From Carcharhinus amblyrhynchos (taxonomy: Eukaryota), in the NCBI GenBank assembly GCA_965287045.1, contig OZ336903.1, forward strand, positions 1,116,001 to 1,180,000: DNA of 64,000 nt. The letters are read 5' to 3'. The notes beneath the pieces are model-generated. The model saw only the letters and a list, made by a program, of their open reading frames with translations, had not been told where the DNA came from and made no database searches. A program made the position numbers and the translations under genes. This document shows, in pieces, positions 37,000-51,400 of this stretch (its first letter is position 1; each line of letters opens with the position of its first letter).

Positions 37000-37570
37000 C
37001 ATCTAACAGCAAGCAATCCATCCAGAAACCCTATTCTCCCTGATATTATTCGGATCTAAACAAGCAAATGCCAACATGCTCGCTGACCACCAAACATGCA
37101 CAACCCTCTACCTAATCTATCCCAATTTGCACAGCACTCAGAAAGATTGGCATCATCCATGAAAAATTGGCCAGCGTGAGTGACGAGCCGTCGATCAAAT
37201 AGATTCTCCACTCACCCCGTCCCATTGCCTGTAGTGTGCAGCGTTTAAAAGATGCACTGCAGCAAAACAACATGTTCACTTCCACAGCACAGTCCAAACC
37301 GAGAAATCTACCAGCTAGATGGACAAATTTGTAGAGATATCGGGACATCATCAAAAATAATTATCTCTCCCAGCCACTCACCCCCCTGACGCGGAAAAAA
37401 AAACTACCGTTCTTTCACTGCTGCTCTGGGAAAAATCATGGAACTGCTCCCGAGCAGGACCTGCACCACATGGACTGCAGCAGTTCAAGAAAGCAGTTCA
37501 TAATAGATTCTCAATGGCAGTTAGCGATAGACAGTGTATGCCAGCCGATACAAGAACACCATCACATGCA
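37000..37570 (+). mobile_element. Old LINE (CR1/L2-type) 3' remnant shared by both arms (mirror ~40840-41450)
   Basis: GGACTGCAGCAGTTCAAGAAAGCAG..TTCTCAATGGCAGTTAGCGAT 3' end. Confidence 0.6.
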
Positions 37571-37984
37571 AACAACATCTAATAAAAATATTGCTGACCT
37601 ACATATATATTCCCAAATGCAATAATATTTACTCACGTTTCACTTATCTTCCACAATGACTCACATTTTCCAACATTTCCAGTAACAGAGCTTTAAGAAT
37701 GTCTGATTCATTCTGATCCTCTGCTGATCTGTCAAAACCAGAACATTGAAACGCATCCATATCACCATTCGGTCAATGCTGATGGATCCAAATCAATCCA
37801 ATCGCTTTCGAACAACACTATGAATCTATTAGCAGCCTACACTGGACTGTAGGCAGCGAAGGAAACTGGCCACCATCTTTCCGAGGGCAATTATTGATCC
37901 ATAATAACTGTTCAACTTGGCAATAATTCTAGCACCTCAAAAAATAATAATCTTTAATGCATTCGTTCAGTTTTCTTATTGATG

Positions 37985-38208
37985 AAGTTACTGTGAAATT
38001 CCTCTAATCGCCACAGTGGGGCGCCTGTCCTGGTGAATGCATCTAACCAGCACGTCATTCAGAATATGGGAGGAAACCGGAACGTCCGAAGGAAACCCAC
38101 GCAGAGACGGGAAGAACATGCAAACACCACAGACAAGGTGACTCAAGCTGGGAATTGAACCTGAGTCCCTGGAGCTGTGACGCAGCAGTGCTAACCACTG
38201 TGCCACCC
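37985..38208 (-). mobile_element. tRNA-derived SINE shared by both arms (mirror 40178-40400, +)
   Basis: GGTGGCACAGTGGTTAGCACTGC..GGTTCAATTCCCAGC A/B boxes. Confidence 0.85.
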
Positions 38209-38315
38209 TTAATAATAATGCAAACGCTATTGCTATTATTAATAATATTATCCATCATTTTTATTGTTCACATCATTACCATCATCAAGATGATTCAACA
38301 ATATTCATTTTCTCA

Positions 38316-38605
38316 GGGCGGTCAGTGGCACTGAGGCCTCCCAGCACCAGAGATCCAGAGTTAATTGTGGTCCCGGGTGACCGTGTAGGGTTTGCACATC
38401 GTCCCGTTTTTGTGTGAGTTCCCTTTCACTGCGTAGTTTTCATCCCACAGTGCGGGTTATGTTGAATGGCCTTGCTAAATTGCCGGTTGGTGTCGGACAG
38501 ATTGGCGGGTTAAATATGTGTCACAGGGATGGGGCGCAGGTAGGGTTGTTGTCTCGCAAGCTCGATGGGCCGAATGGTCTCTTTCTGCACTGTGGTGATT
38601 CTATG
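38316..38605 (+). mobile_element. HE1-like SINE spanning the inner breakpoint of the inversion
   Basis: The head at 38316-38372 has a mirror at 40022-40080; the body and tail (GATGGGCCGAATGGTCTC) occur only in the spacer. Confidence 0.75.
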
Positions 38606-41600
38606 ATTGTTGTTTCAATTATACTGCTGCTAATATTACTATTAATGATAAAAACATGGGGGATCTGGACCCATTACCTCTGTTCTGATAAATGTCCTAT
38701 TCCAATCAGGAAGAATTTTATTCCTTTCTGATCAGCCAATAGACTGTGGTCCACACAACAACCATCACAAGCTGCCGTTATCTGAAGTCACATCCAGACC
38801 CATTATCGTCACCGTTAGCACCATGTCAGTGACCCACTTCACCCCTTTCCATAACACCTTTACCTCAAATAAGAATTCCCACTTGTTCAAGCTTCATGTC
38901 AACAGCAAATACATCTTTGTGTCCCAGAAGCTATCAGCATTTGGAAACATTTCGCTTCTCCCTGTTCTCAGTGTTTAGTTCTGCGTACATTAACAGCACT
39001 GTCTTTCATGTAAATCTTTCCATGCAAGATTCTTGGAGTTAAGTTGCTCTCTTGCCTGTGCTGTCTTTTAATTTTCCAGGAACCAACATATCTTGCTGTT
39101 TATAACAATCATTTTCTCTTTTCTTTCACTGTTCCAACACCGTGCTGACTGATCACAGCGAATATTGGGGAGAATGGGTTTGCAGTGCGCAAGGAAAATC
39201 TTCATCAACCGGGACAGTTTCTAAAATCGGCAGACAGAGGTGAAATTCACTCTGACATTTGGTCAGTTGCTGCTGGAGGGAAGGATGGATGTGTTAGAGC
39301 CAGTGCATTTGGAGTGTGCGTGTCGGGGAAAGAGGGAGACGGTGCGTAGCAAGCAGGGACCGGAAGAAAGTAGATGAGCCGGAAAATCCGGGTTGGTGCT
39401 CTCAATGTTGGTGTCCAGAGGTCGAATTGAGCATGTTGTCGGGTCCAAGGGCCAATAAAATCGGAGTCAGCGGGTCGGTTCGGTGGGAAACAGAGGATTT
39501 GTTTTAATTCGTGTTATCCGCACCACAAATATTGGGAGTCCGTGTTTTGTTTGTTTCTTGCGCACTTGCGAGAGTCGGGATTCAGGTTTCGTATTGGGGA
39601 ACACATTGAAGTGTGAGTCACACAATATCTGGTGAAGCCCATGTGTTGGTTGCCCCATAATGTTTAGTTTTTTTCGTGTGTGTGCGATCGTTCCCATAGC
39701 TGGAGAGTTCACCTGTTGATGAGTTCGGGGCTGGGGACTCCATTTCCATATTGATAAAGAGGTTTACCTTAGTGCTACACTGCTCAAGGCCTTCAAGCTT
39801 GCGGCGAGAGTCCATGGCGCATTGTGTGATTCCTCACGCAAACAAATGTCATGTAAGATCAAACAGTTGTCTGGAAAGCGAACAAACTCTGTTTCACATT
39901 GTTCAGTTCTACAGCTGAGAACAATTTCATTCAGGAGGACAAGTAGAGGCAAGGAGTCAGAATAGGCAATTGTTTCATCAACGGCAGGTGGAAGTCACGT
40001 GGACCCCATTATACCTCCACTGACCGGAAGTAACTCTGGATCCCTGATACTGTGAGGCCGCAGTGCCACTGTACCGCCCTGAGAAAATTAATATTGCTGA
40101 ATAATCTTGAAGGTAATGACGTCGACAATAACGATGATGGATAATATTATTAATAATAGCATTTGTATTATTATTAAGGGTGGCACAGTGGTTAGCACTG
40201 CAGCCTCACAGCTCCAGGGACTCAGGTTCAATTCCCAGCTTGAGTCAACTTATCTGTGGAGTTTGCACGTTCTCCCAGTGTCTGCGTGGGTTTCCTTCGA
40301 GTGTTCCGGTTTCCTCCCGTGTTCTGAAAGACGGGCTGGTTAGATGCATTGACCTGGACAGGCGCCCCACTGTGGCGATCAGAGGGATTTCACAGTAAAT
40401 TCATCAATAAATAAACTGATAAACATTCAACAGCATTAAAGATTATTATATTTCGAGGTGTGAGAATTATTGACAAGTTCAACAGTTGTTATGGAAACGT
40501 AATTGCTCTTGGAAAGATGGTGATCAGTTTCCTTCACTCCGTACAGTCCAGTGTAGGCTGCGAATAGATTCATAGTGTTGTTAGAAAGCGATTGGATTGA
40601 TTTGAGTCCATCAGCATTGACGGAATGGTGATATGGATGAGTTTCAGTGTTCTGGTTTTAACAGATCAGCAGAGGATCAGCATGAATCAGACATTCTTAA
40701 AGCTCTGTTACTGGAAATGTTGAAAAATGTGGTTCATTCTGGAAGATAAGTGAAATCTGAGTAAATATTATTGCATTTGGAAATATATATGTCGGGCAGC
40801 AATGTTTTTTATTAGGTGTTGTTTGCATGTGATGGTCTTCTTGTATCGGCTGGCACACACTGCCTATCGGTAACTGACATTGAGAATTTGTTATGAACTG
40901 TGTTCTTGAACTGCTGCAGTCGATACGGTGCAGCTCCTGCTCGGGGTGGGTGGGGGGCGGGGGGTTGGAGGCAGTTCCATGATTTTGCGTGACCAGCAGT
41001 GAAAGAAATGCAATATTTTTCCACGTCAGGATGGTGAGTGGCTGGGAGAGATAATGATTTGTGATGATGTCCCGATATCTCTGCAAATTTGTCCATTTAG
41101 CTGGTAGATTTCTCGGTTTGGACTGTGCTGTGGAATTGACCATGTTGCATTGCTGCAGTGCATCTTTTAAACGCTGCACACTACAGGCAATGGGACGGGA
41201 TGAGTGGAGAATCTAGTTGATCGACGGCTCGTCACTCAAGCTGGCCAATTTTTCATGGATGATGCCAAGCTTTCTGAGTGTTGTGCAAATTGAGATAGAT
41301 TAGGTCGAGGGTTGTGCATGTTTGGTGGGCAGCGAGCATATTGGCGTTTGCTTGTTTAGATCCGAATAATATCATGAAGAATAGGCTTTCTGGATGGATT
41401 GCTTGCTGTTAGTTGTTGGCAGGCATGATCCAGGAGGAGATAGTTCCTGATACCACGCAGTTAGAGTTTTGTCCCCAACATCAAGTGGTCGTCACTGGAC
41501 AAACAAATCTGCAACTCACTTTTCAAATGTCTCATTGAAAATAAGTTGTGGACCTCACATAGAGGAATACAGAACGTTAATAGATGGAAAATAGCGCCAG

Positions 41601-42423
41601 TGAGATGGGTCTACATTTAAACATTCCTTTCTTAATCTCCCCTTGGAAAATTGTGTTTAAATTGTTCAGTTTTACCAACACTTCCTGTATTTATGCACTT
41701 ATAAAATTACGGTCTCAGCTGATGCATATTTCTGTTTTAATGACCGTAACAGCCGAAGGATGGTTAGAATTGTCGGGCGATAGTGTAGAGGCCTATCTGG
41801 ATTAAATGAAAACTGATGGATTACTGGATATAAGGATTGAGGAATTAAAGTGAGAAGGAAACTTGGAAATCTGACTAACATCTTCACATCTCCCGGAGCC
41901 CTCAATGTTCCCGAGTGCTGGCGGTAGTGCTGGGATACAATATCGTGTTGTATTTAGTTGCTGGGGGAATGCTGTGTACAGTCCCCCCCCCCACTTCAGT
42001 GACAATCTAGATTACAGTAAATGAAGATAACGGAACCAAACCATGTATTTATCTGTTCTAATCTTTATTTAATAGCATAAGAAGGAAAGTTTTTTACAAA
42101 ATAATTTTCAAATGCACTTGGCAAATATTGCATCAAATTTTGAATCATAATAGTGGCTCTGTTCCACAATGCAATGCGATGTAACAGCTTTAATATGGAC
42201 AGTGCAATGCTCGAAATACATTCTAAGTTGTTTTTCATTTTTCATTGAATGGAACGTTTCTTTTTTTTCATGCAAAGCAAAGAGAGAAATCATAATTCAT
42301 CAAGCTCAACATGAAGTATTATCCAATTAATTTTACACAACAGCAACATTTATATCTGGAGTTACAGCATATTCAACATGGCGATATTTGTGGAAAAGTG
42401 AAGGGGCGTCCCCTTTAAATAAG

Positions 42424-45400
42424 TCATATGTCTGAGGACATCACATCCTGCTTTTGTTGATGACGATGATCTGAAACGGTAAAATAAAAATGAGTGAGAA
42501 TGACAAACATTTCCACCATCAGGTCAACACTTCACAAGTACTTGTATTATATTCCAGTTCAACTGGCAGTTTCTTTCTATCAAATACACACTGCACATTG
42601 CCTCCGATACTCTCAATGAAATGTACCACTGAAAATACTGCAGGAAGTCACAAAGCAGAAACCATGTGGGACAGGTCACATCCCTACATTGCGGCATTCC
42701 CATTGGAAAATCTCATAAAATACGGTTTAACACTATAATGTATGCTTCGGAGATGAATGGTCACTGTCCAATGGCGGTTAAGTGGCCGTGCTGATGCCAC
42801 AGACAGCAATATTTTACTTAGCTGTCATGACAGGAACGCATCAGACGGGATCGATGCGGATCTACTGAGTACTGTGGGGGTAAAGACACTTTTCGTGAAA
42901 TTTGGGCTTAAGGTATCTCCTTTGTTAAATACAATTCGCGGCAGGAACCAAAGCCAAATTATGATTTGATTGACTGGAATTCACTTCAAACCAGAGCGAT
43001 TATATTCCACACAAGAGGGCGGGAGGCTGCAGTAATATTCGGAAGTGATAACCAACTCAGAATGTTCTCTCAGCATTGGGATTCCATGAAGGACATCAGA
43101 AAGTGACCGGGATTTCCTGGTAATATCCATGAAATTCTAACTTTCAACCTGAAGTCAAGTGTGTTCCTTAAATTAGTGATCAACTAAACATTGCACTTCT
43201 GATTGGGTGAATTTTAATGGTAGGTTGAAAACAAGCTTTCACAGCCCCTCAGCTGGAGCTAGTTCATTAGAAAGCAGGATTAATGGAGCTTCAGAAGCTA
43301 TGGGACAAAAACAGAAAGCTCCTTCACTGTGACCTTGTCTGGAGCTTCCTGAAACATGGAGTCACAAGGACTGAGCTTGATGGAATGATGTCATTTAATT
43401 TAAAGGTTCATTTCAATCCAAATGTCGAATATAAAGGGTTCTTTAAATCTAAATGATGAGAACAGGCATGCGGGAATAATTTTAGGAGGAAAGTCTAAAT
43501 AGTTTGGCGCTACGTGCATTTGGTATTCAGAAGAATGAGAGGTGATCTCATTGAAACATAGGATTGTAATGGGGATTGACAGGGTAAACGCTGAGAGGAT
43601 GCCGTCTCCATTAAAGATTCTAGCGCCAGACTGAGGAGTCTCAGTATTAAGGGACATCAACATAAGACTGAAATTTACAGGATTTTCTCCTCTGAGTGGG
43701 TGGTGCATCTTGGCACAGAGAGCTGTGGAGACAGAGTCCCTGTGCACAGTTAAGGCTGAGATAGGCAGATTGTTGATGAATAAATGAATCAAGGGTGACG
43801 GGGAAGGGGGAAGAGAGTCAATGTGATGAATGTCTGATCAGTCATGATCCGGTGAAGGGTGAACCAGGCTCGAGGGGCTGAACGGCCTTCCCCTGTCGCA
43901 GTTTCTTGTCAAATTATTTTGTACTGATCCCAATCGAATTTCTACAAAACGGAACATTTAATGATTTATCTCACCCAGAGTGCCGAGGTCACCGCTGGAA
44001 CTTGTCAAAGTGAAGATACCGTCAGGGCTCCGATTCAGCTGCAAGTGCCCACTCTGGGAGTCAATGGTTCCAGTCTCAGCGTCGTCATAGTCTGTCAAAG
44101 CAGGAGCTGAGAGGTAATCGCGTTTGATTATAGCAATATATAGCTGAGAGATAATAGCAATTAATTAGTAATAAAGGACAGTTAGAATCATACCCTTAAA
44201 TGTCTATTATCTCAACAATTATGGGTCAGAAAGAATTGTATCTCTCATGGCGTGGAAATCACTGAGTTTGGGCGCATAGAGTTATTAGGCTAAATTTTGT
44301 CGTAGTATATTCAAAATTTCGTTCAATATAATCACCTTGCTAATGATTCACCAATCCCCTAAACCCACACTCATTTCACAGCCCAAAATACTTCTGGGAA
44401 ATGCATGGAAGTTTAAAAAGAAAAACGTTAAAATGTTTTTTTTCGAAAGGAAGGAAACGTCATTTAAATTTCTGGGAACTACCATAAGACATTGTTTCAG
44501 GCTTTGAGGTTCTGTAACTGAATTATGCTGAAATATCTGAGCTACTTGGCACTGTCATTTCATGGTGTGCACGTCATTGTGTACACATTTGGAGATTTCA
44601 GAAGCTTTTTAGGTATTACAGAGTGAGAAGACTCGGAAGGAAATGGTAGGATATGAACTTCGACTTACCCTGAATAGAGGAGGAATCCTCTTCAGAATAT
44701 TCTGATCCAGGATCTGTGTCTCCCAAACTGTGACTGGTGTAATATTCAATCTGATTGAAGGAGTCAATGCTTGAAGAAACTGGTAAGCACAAAATGATTG
44801 GCTATTAGGCAAATTGTCTGCGGTTGTTTCATTACGTTTTTATGATGATAAAGAACGATTCAGAAAGTCGACGTCGACATCACAACAATTTCAACGCCAC
44901 TGTGACAATGTCCTGACATTTGATCGTGGCACCAGTTTGGGAGAACAGTGAGCAGCCTGACTGCAGTGGTTTAAGGGGAAGAGCCAGCGTCACATTACTG
45001 GGGCAACTATGGATGGATTAATGATGTAACTCTGGTTCTGAACAGTCCAGTGTCTGAGATATCAGTGAACAGAAAATAATGTGAAGAACAACTCTGTTTC
45101 GGCTGGGTCAGTGGACAAGGTTTTCTGATACAGAATCCCTTCCCACTTCCATATTGTTTCACTGTCTTTTATCTCCAGAGATGAAAATCCATCAGTAGTG
45201 AAAATAAGTCATGGAGGTCGCAGGCAAGACACAAAAAAAGGCTTGAATAATCTAAATTGGAGTATTATTTTCATTCTGTTCAGTCATTCTGGATAAATCT
45301 CAGTCCTCAATACTGCTAACATTCTTGTGAATTATTTTCGAACCTCTCCTGACTCCTGTAGCCTTTGAATAACATCATGCTCAGAGACATGCAATCCACT

Positions 45401-48400
45401 CCACTATCTGGTTGATGTTTAACGTCATTTTACCCGAGATATTGAGTTTAAATTCACGCCACATACTTTTTGGATGCTGGCAACAGGACAGAAAATACAC
45501 AGAAAATACACAGAAATATTAGACAAAGTCAGCAGGAGTGGCATGAAGAAAGGTCATAGACACGCACCCTTGGACTTGTTTATCTCTCCAGCACTTCTGA
45601 GATATCCAACATTTCTCTCTCTTTTGATTACTTTAGAAATGAATTTTTGTGTTTGTTTTCACTTCACCCAACATTTTTTTTAAACATTCTGCATCAAATC
45701 ATTTTTGGACCATTGCCTTTTAGTACATTTTCTGAGCTACTTCGTTTATTTTGCACTCCACTGTAATACGTAGAATTGCATTTCTTTCTCAACGTGTTTG
45801 AATTTGTCTGATGCTTTTGTTGAGTTTCATTTATCAATCGTATGACTTTCACAGGAAGTGTGTTTACTTTCACTTGTAAATTGCTTCAGCACTTGTCTGA
45901 CCACCAAAATTTACTACCACTGTTAAAATGTGATGGTAAACCTTAAGTTATTGCAATAAATCATAAACATGTGATTTCAGTACCCATTTGTGTAGAACAC
46001 CAGTTATAATCTTCTTCCGCCTATAGAAACATTTACCCCATAATTTAATAGATTATTACAGCAAAGTGGTTCTAATTTTAAGTTTGCCCCATGATTCTGT
46101 GCACACGGAGGAAACACTTATATATAGTGCAATTTACTGCCTATCTGATTAATTCTCCTTAGCGATGCATGTTTTAAGTGCATTCACTGTCGCAAAGTAT
46201 AAAAGCAGAAGACATTTTGGGTGCTGCACTATTCCACTGTAAGTGACGACAAAGTAATAAAAACAGGACACATGGAACGTCACTTTGTCAATTTTCTCAA
46301 GGGGTAAGTATTGCTCAGGTCTACCCTCAATGGAATATTGGCCATGGATGATAGTTCCTATGAAATGTCATACCACCAATAGTACAACACCTTCTCAGCA
46401 CTGCAAATCGTGTCAGACTTGATTTACTTGACCGAGTTCTGGAATGGAACTTGGACCTGGAAACATCTGAGTCAGAGGCAAGATTGCCATGGACTAAAAT
46501 GGAGCTGACCGTTATATTCTGTACCCATTCATTTGTGTATGAGTTTGTTGTTGCACAAACGAATTTTAGACAACTGGAAGAATGCATTTATGGTGTTAAT
46601 CATAATTGTCCAGTTGCCATTCGTACGATTTTCACGCTTTTATTATGTGAGAGATCCGGTAATGAAAGATGTACTGATTGTTCTTTATAATTTATAATTT
46701 TTGACATGCAGATATTTTTTCCCTCACTCTGTCGGAATTGGATTAATGTCCCTGCTATTAAATTTCAGCAGATTGATGTATACTTTCCAAAACACTCTCC
46801 TTTTCCCTTTCTGATCACGGTGTCAATATTTGTTCTCCATCAGTAGTGTGGAATTACACTCCTTACTAATGATTCAGTGAAAAATTGGAATGGTCCCTCT
46901 GCTAGAATTTTCTTTGAAAATGCATGGATGAAAAAAAAAAGATCTTAATGTGTTTGGTGCAAATGGCTCTTTTTTTTTGTAAATCTACCATCACTATTTA
47001 AATCCTCTGCCGTCACATGTTTAAGTGTCATCATGATACAATCTGCAGAAAAAAAGTTTAATATTTCTGCCATTTCAACATTTTTGATTGCTATTAAAAC
47101 AGTCCTTGTCGAAAGCACGTGAAGTATTTCTGAATTGCCAAAATTATTTCTGCTTTCATTGTATACTGTATTATTTTATTTAACAACCTATGAATCACTG
47201 TTTTAATCGTCTTTGCCAACTTACCTAATTGTGTTCTCTCCCCTTCCCTGTTCGTCACCTCCCTTACAAACCTCCCCCAAACCCCACCCTCTCCAAACGC
47301 GCTATCCTTTTTTGTTCCCGCTTTGCACGTGTTTGCATTGGTTTTTTTTTTCTTGTTGTTCTATGAAAATATATGTTGTCCTTGCTTCGGCTGAAAGTCA
47401 TTTTAAGACTTTCAATATGAGGGGAAAAAAAAACCTTATTGTACTCCAGGCATTTCTTCAGATAACACTGTTTCTGTAATTCAATATCAGCAGTAATGTT
47501 ATCAATTGATTTATGTTCAATCAAACAGTGTATCCATGGTGATTTAAAACTGAACCTTGATGGTCGAAAGGAGTAGCCTATTTGGAATTTGGAAACAACT
47601 AATCTGCTCGCTATTTTTACACAGGTGACAAAATACCCTCTTCAACAGTAACGGAGAATGGAAATCTATTCAAACCTCTTAATCCTCTAAAACCAACTGA
47701 TGCTTTGTGATAATTCTCCTTTCCATTTCAAGGATGAGGAAATAGTGTTATCAACCAATCAGTGCACTGACGGCTAAGGGAGGGAAACCTGAAGTTTTCA
47801 GTGTCCATTGAGTTTGAAATGAACTAAAAATACGAACCTGAGACACGGGAATGAGTGGAAACCTTGCCAGGCGGAATGTCATCTATTTCTTCATAAATGG
47901 CTTGGTTCAAACCAGAAGGTGGATCCCTGACGCCAGTTGAAGGTCCTGATGCAGGGGGATTGAGACTGTTAGTATATTGCTACATTTACAATGAGAAATA
48001 TAGTTCCTCATTGGCACTGATTTCACACCTCACTATTTGCTGAGGCAAAAAAATGATGGTCTGGAGAGGTTCTCCTTGTTACTCTGGATCATGAATAAAG
48101 TGATGATACCACTGCCTCATCACAAGAGGAACTGAATCATTTACAGCCAATATAGTCGGCAAATAAGATATCGGTCAAGAATACTCGGTGCACGTTCAGA
48201 TAGAGGCTGTAATTTTGTTTATCTCTTGAAAACTAGTGGTACACAAGGCAATATTTCACCAAATTCCTTAAACACGTTTTAATATCGAACAGATCGCCAT
48301 CTTGCCAGCAGAACAAATATGAATCTATCCTTCCCCCACTGCCTGACATTATTGCCTTGGAAGTACTTCGCAGGTTGTCTGTGGTCTCAGGACCCAAAAC

Positions 48401-51400
48401 TGAAGCTTCTGCCTCAGAAAGAGTGAAGCTACTCACTGTGCATCCAGCATTGAACCTGCAGTTCTCCAGTATTGGTTTTGCTGGGGTGACAATGGTTGGG
48501 GAAATTCATCTTAAAAAGTATCACATCACATCTCAAAATGGATTGAATTCGGTTAGAGAGGTTAACACTGGACATAACTCGGGAAGCACAGGTTTGCAAC
48601 AGATAGTAAATTGAGCTGAAATACAAGTTACCAAATATTTACTAATCTCAAAGTGCAACGTGTTTGAATTCAAATTTTTGGATTATTTTTAGAACAATGA
48701 AACGCATTTCGAGTCTCAGAGACAAGTGGATGAACCAGGAATATAAATGTAGATAAATCCCTCACTTAAATGTTATGTTTCGCTCTTTGCCAAGCAGTTT
48801 GGAAGAAACCATTGGCTGGATAATTTGTTTCTTGCATGGACAGGAGACATTCTGCGGGAACCAGCGTAGAAAAGAATCCCCTCGGGGGTTTGAAACAGTT
48901 ATTGATGTTTCAGTGTAAGTTCAGGGATATGATTCGAGCCTTACCTTTCATTGTTGATCTCCTCCTCATTACTGCCAAAAGGCCGATTAATTCACAGATC
49001 AACAGGACACCGAGTGATATGCAGATCACCAGAGGGATGGAAGTGTTTTCATCATCATGACCTAATGAAATATTCAAGAAAGTATGTTCAGGTCAAGTTC
49101 CGCATTGTTTCTTAATGCCTACATGACTATCAATTGACAAAACTCTGCCAATGTTAATATGCCCCAGTTGTGCATCTGAACATAAAATTAACATGAGTTG
49201 TTAATATTATTTATTAATAAGAAATACCTGAAGGTGTTGGTGATAAATCGGGACCTGGTGAGATATGGGAAAAAAGACACAATTATTTGGGTTGATGGTT
49301 AGAAAGATATCTGAAAACATGATTCAAATTCAGAAAGCAAGGACGGACCACCGTCACACAGTCCCAAACCACACCGCTCAGTGGGACACTTACCGGAACA
49401 AATCACACTGGCATCTTCCTTGTGATCACAGTCAGACTGAGCTAATGATGAAGGGCAGTCAAACAGAAAGGATTCACTTCCGGTACACTTCACGTCATCC
49501 AGCCAGATAGTACCGTTACCCTGCCCAAAAGCGGCCCCTCCTGTGGCCTCGAGAGCAGAGCCACAGCCCAGCTGTCTGCAGACAACACTGGCATCGTTCA
49601 TATCCCAGGAATCATCACACACCGTGCCCCAGGTTCTATTACACCATATCTCCACTCTCCCGGAGCAATTCGTGTTACCGCCAGCCAAACGCAAACTTCG
49701 CCCTAAATTGGTCAAAAAAAAAACATCAGTCACGGCATAGCTCAAATGACGAATCAAATGCATTTTTTTAAAATTAACAATGTGAAATAACCTGATTCTG
49801 GTTTGCAGCCGTTGAGGTTTTCCTGCTCTTGTTTCGGTGTATCTCTCTCTGTTGATAAGACAAACATGTTGACTCCATGAGCTACATCAATATTTCAAAT
49901 CTCACCTGTAAGCAGAATGACTGATTGTGTTACCTGAACAAACGACACCTGCATCTTCCCAATGATCACAGTCGTGTTGACCCCACGGGTCCGCCTGGCA
50001 CTGCCAAAGGGTCGACTCGTGTGAAAGGCATTCCATCTCATCCAACCAAATCGGTCCTGATCCTACTCCGAATGAACCAGCATAATAGTCGATGGAAACG
50101 AGTGTGCCGCAATCTAACTGTTTACAGATCACTGCTGCATCATGCCGATCCAGTTTCTCCGAGCAAACTGTTCCCCATGTCCCATTATAGAGCACCTCCA
50201 CTCTCCCCTCACAGCGATGTGTTCCCTTCACCAAACGCAGCTCTTTGTGCTCTGTCAATGAGATATGCAATATCCAGTTGATTCAATGATCAATTCTGTA
50301 TTCAGAGTGCAATGTATAATATATGTTGTGCCAGTGGAACTCATGGTTTACCGGTACTATTTTACAACATTCACAGGGAAAAAAAAATACACAACTGAAA
50401 TCAAACGATATAACCACGAGTAAGCAACATTGAATTTCAATCGAAATATTTGTGTGATGGAGAAAAAGAGGAGCTTTATGTGCTAATTAGAGAGAGTTTG
50501 GTAAGTAGGTCTCTGGATACACGTGACATTAAGGGTTAAAAATGCACTGACATAGGAAATGAGCGGCAAAGAGACAGAAGGGAACACATCAAAACAGACT
50601 GGACCACTCATTTGTCAATATTTCAGTCCAGAACAAATAACACAAACAGGGTTTGGCCGAATGACCTTCGTAACCGCTGTTCACCTGCTATTCAGGAATA
50701 TATCTGACTTATGAAGTTTCATTAATAACTGCAGAAAATGGGGTCATTACCAGAGCACATGATGTTCACATCTTCTTTATGATTACAGTCGTGTTTACCC
50801 CACAGTGCATGGGGACATTCCCAGAGAAATGATTCATTCCCAGTACATTGCAGCTCATCCAACCAAATTGGGTCTGTGTCTGGTCCAGTCGAAGTGGGAA
50901 GAGGAAGCTGCAATGCATTTCCACAACCCAACTGTTTGCAAACCACATCCGCGTCTTTCAGATCCCAGGAATCATCACAAACTGAGCCCCAGATCCCATT
51001 GTGATAGATCTCCAATCTCCCAGCACATCGGCTTCCACCACCAGAGAGCCTTAACTGCCTATGTCCTAATAGAAAATATACAGTGTCATGTTATACTTTC
51101 AATGCATTAACCTCACTGCTAAATTGAAACTACTGGATAATATAGATCTAAATGTAAACCTATATGTTAGGTGGTGTTGACAGTTAAATGAATCTATGCA
51201 GTAGGACACCTGTTCCATCTTACACAAAATAAGAAAGGTCGTGTATAAATATATATTTCAGGTATTCCTAACAAACTCTCTAACGTTTTACGGATTGTAT
51301 CTAACCCATTCTCAGTGGTATACTTTCCTTTCACACTTAAGAGTGTAATTCTGTTAATTAGCTGTTCCACAAACAATGTTTTAAGCAGCTATTTACACTT

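Noticed and set aside
37985-38208. tRNA genes
   Set aside because: The tRNA-like A/B boxes run into SINE body sequence with no complete cloverleaf.
38606-40021. Short ORFs in the central spacer as a hidden gene
   Set aside because: No recognisable domain, splice pattern or mirror conservation; likely degraded repeat or intergenic DNA.
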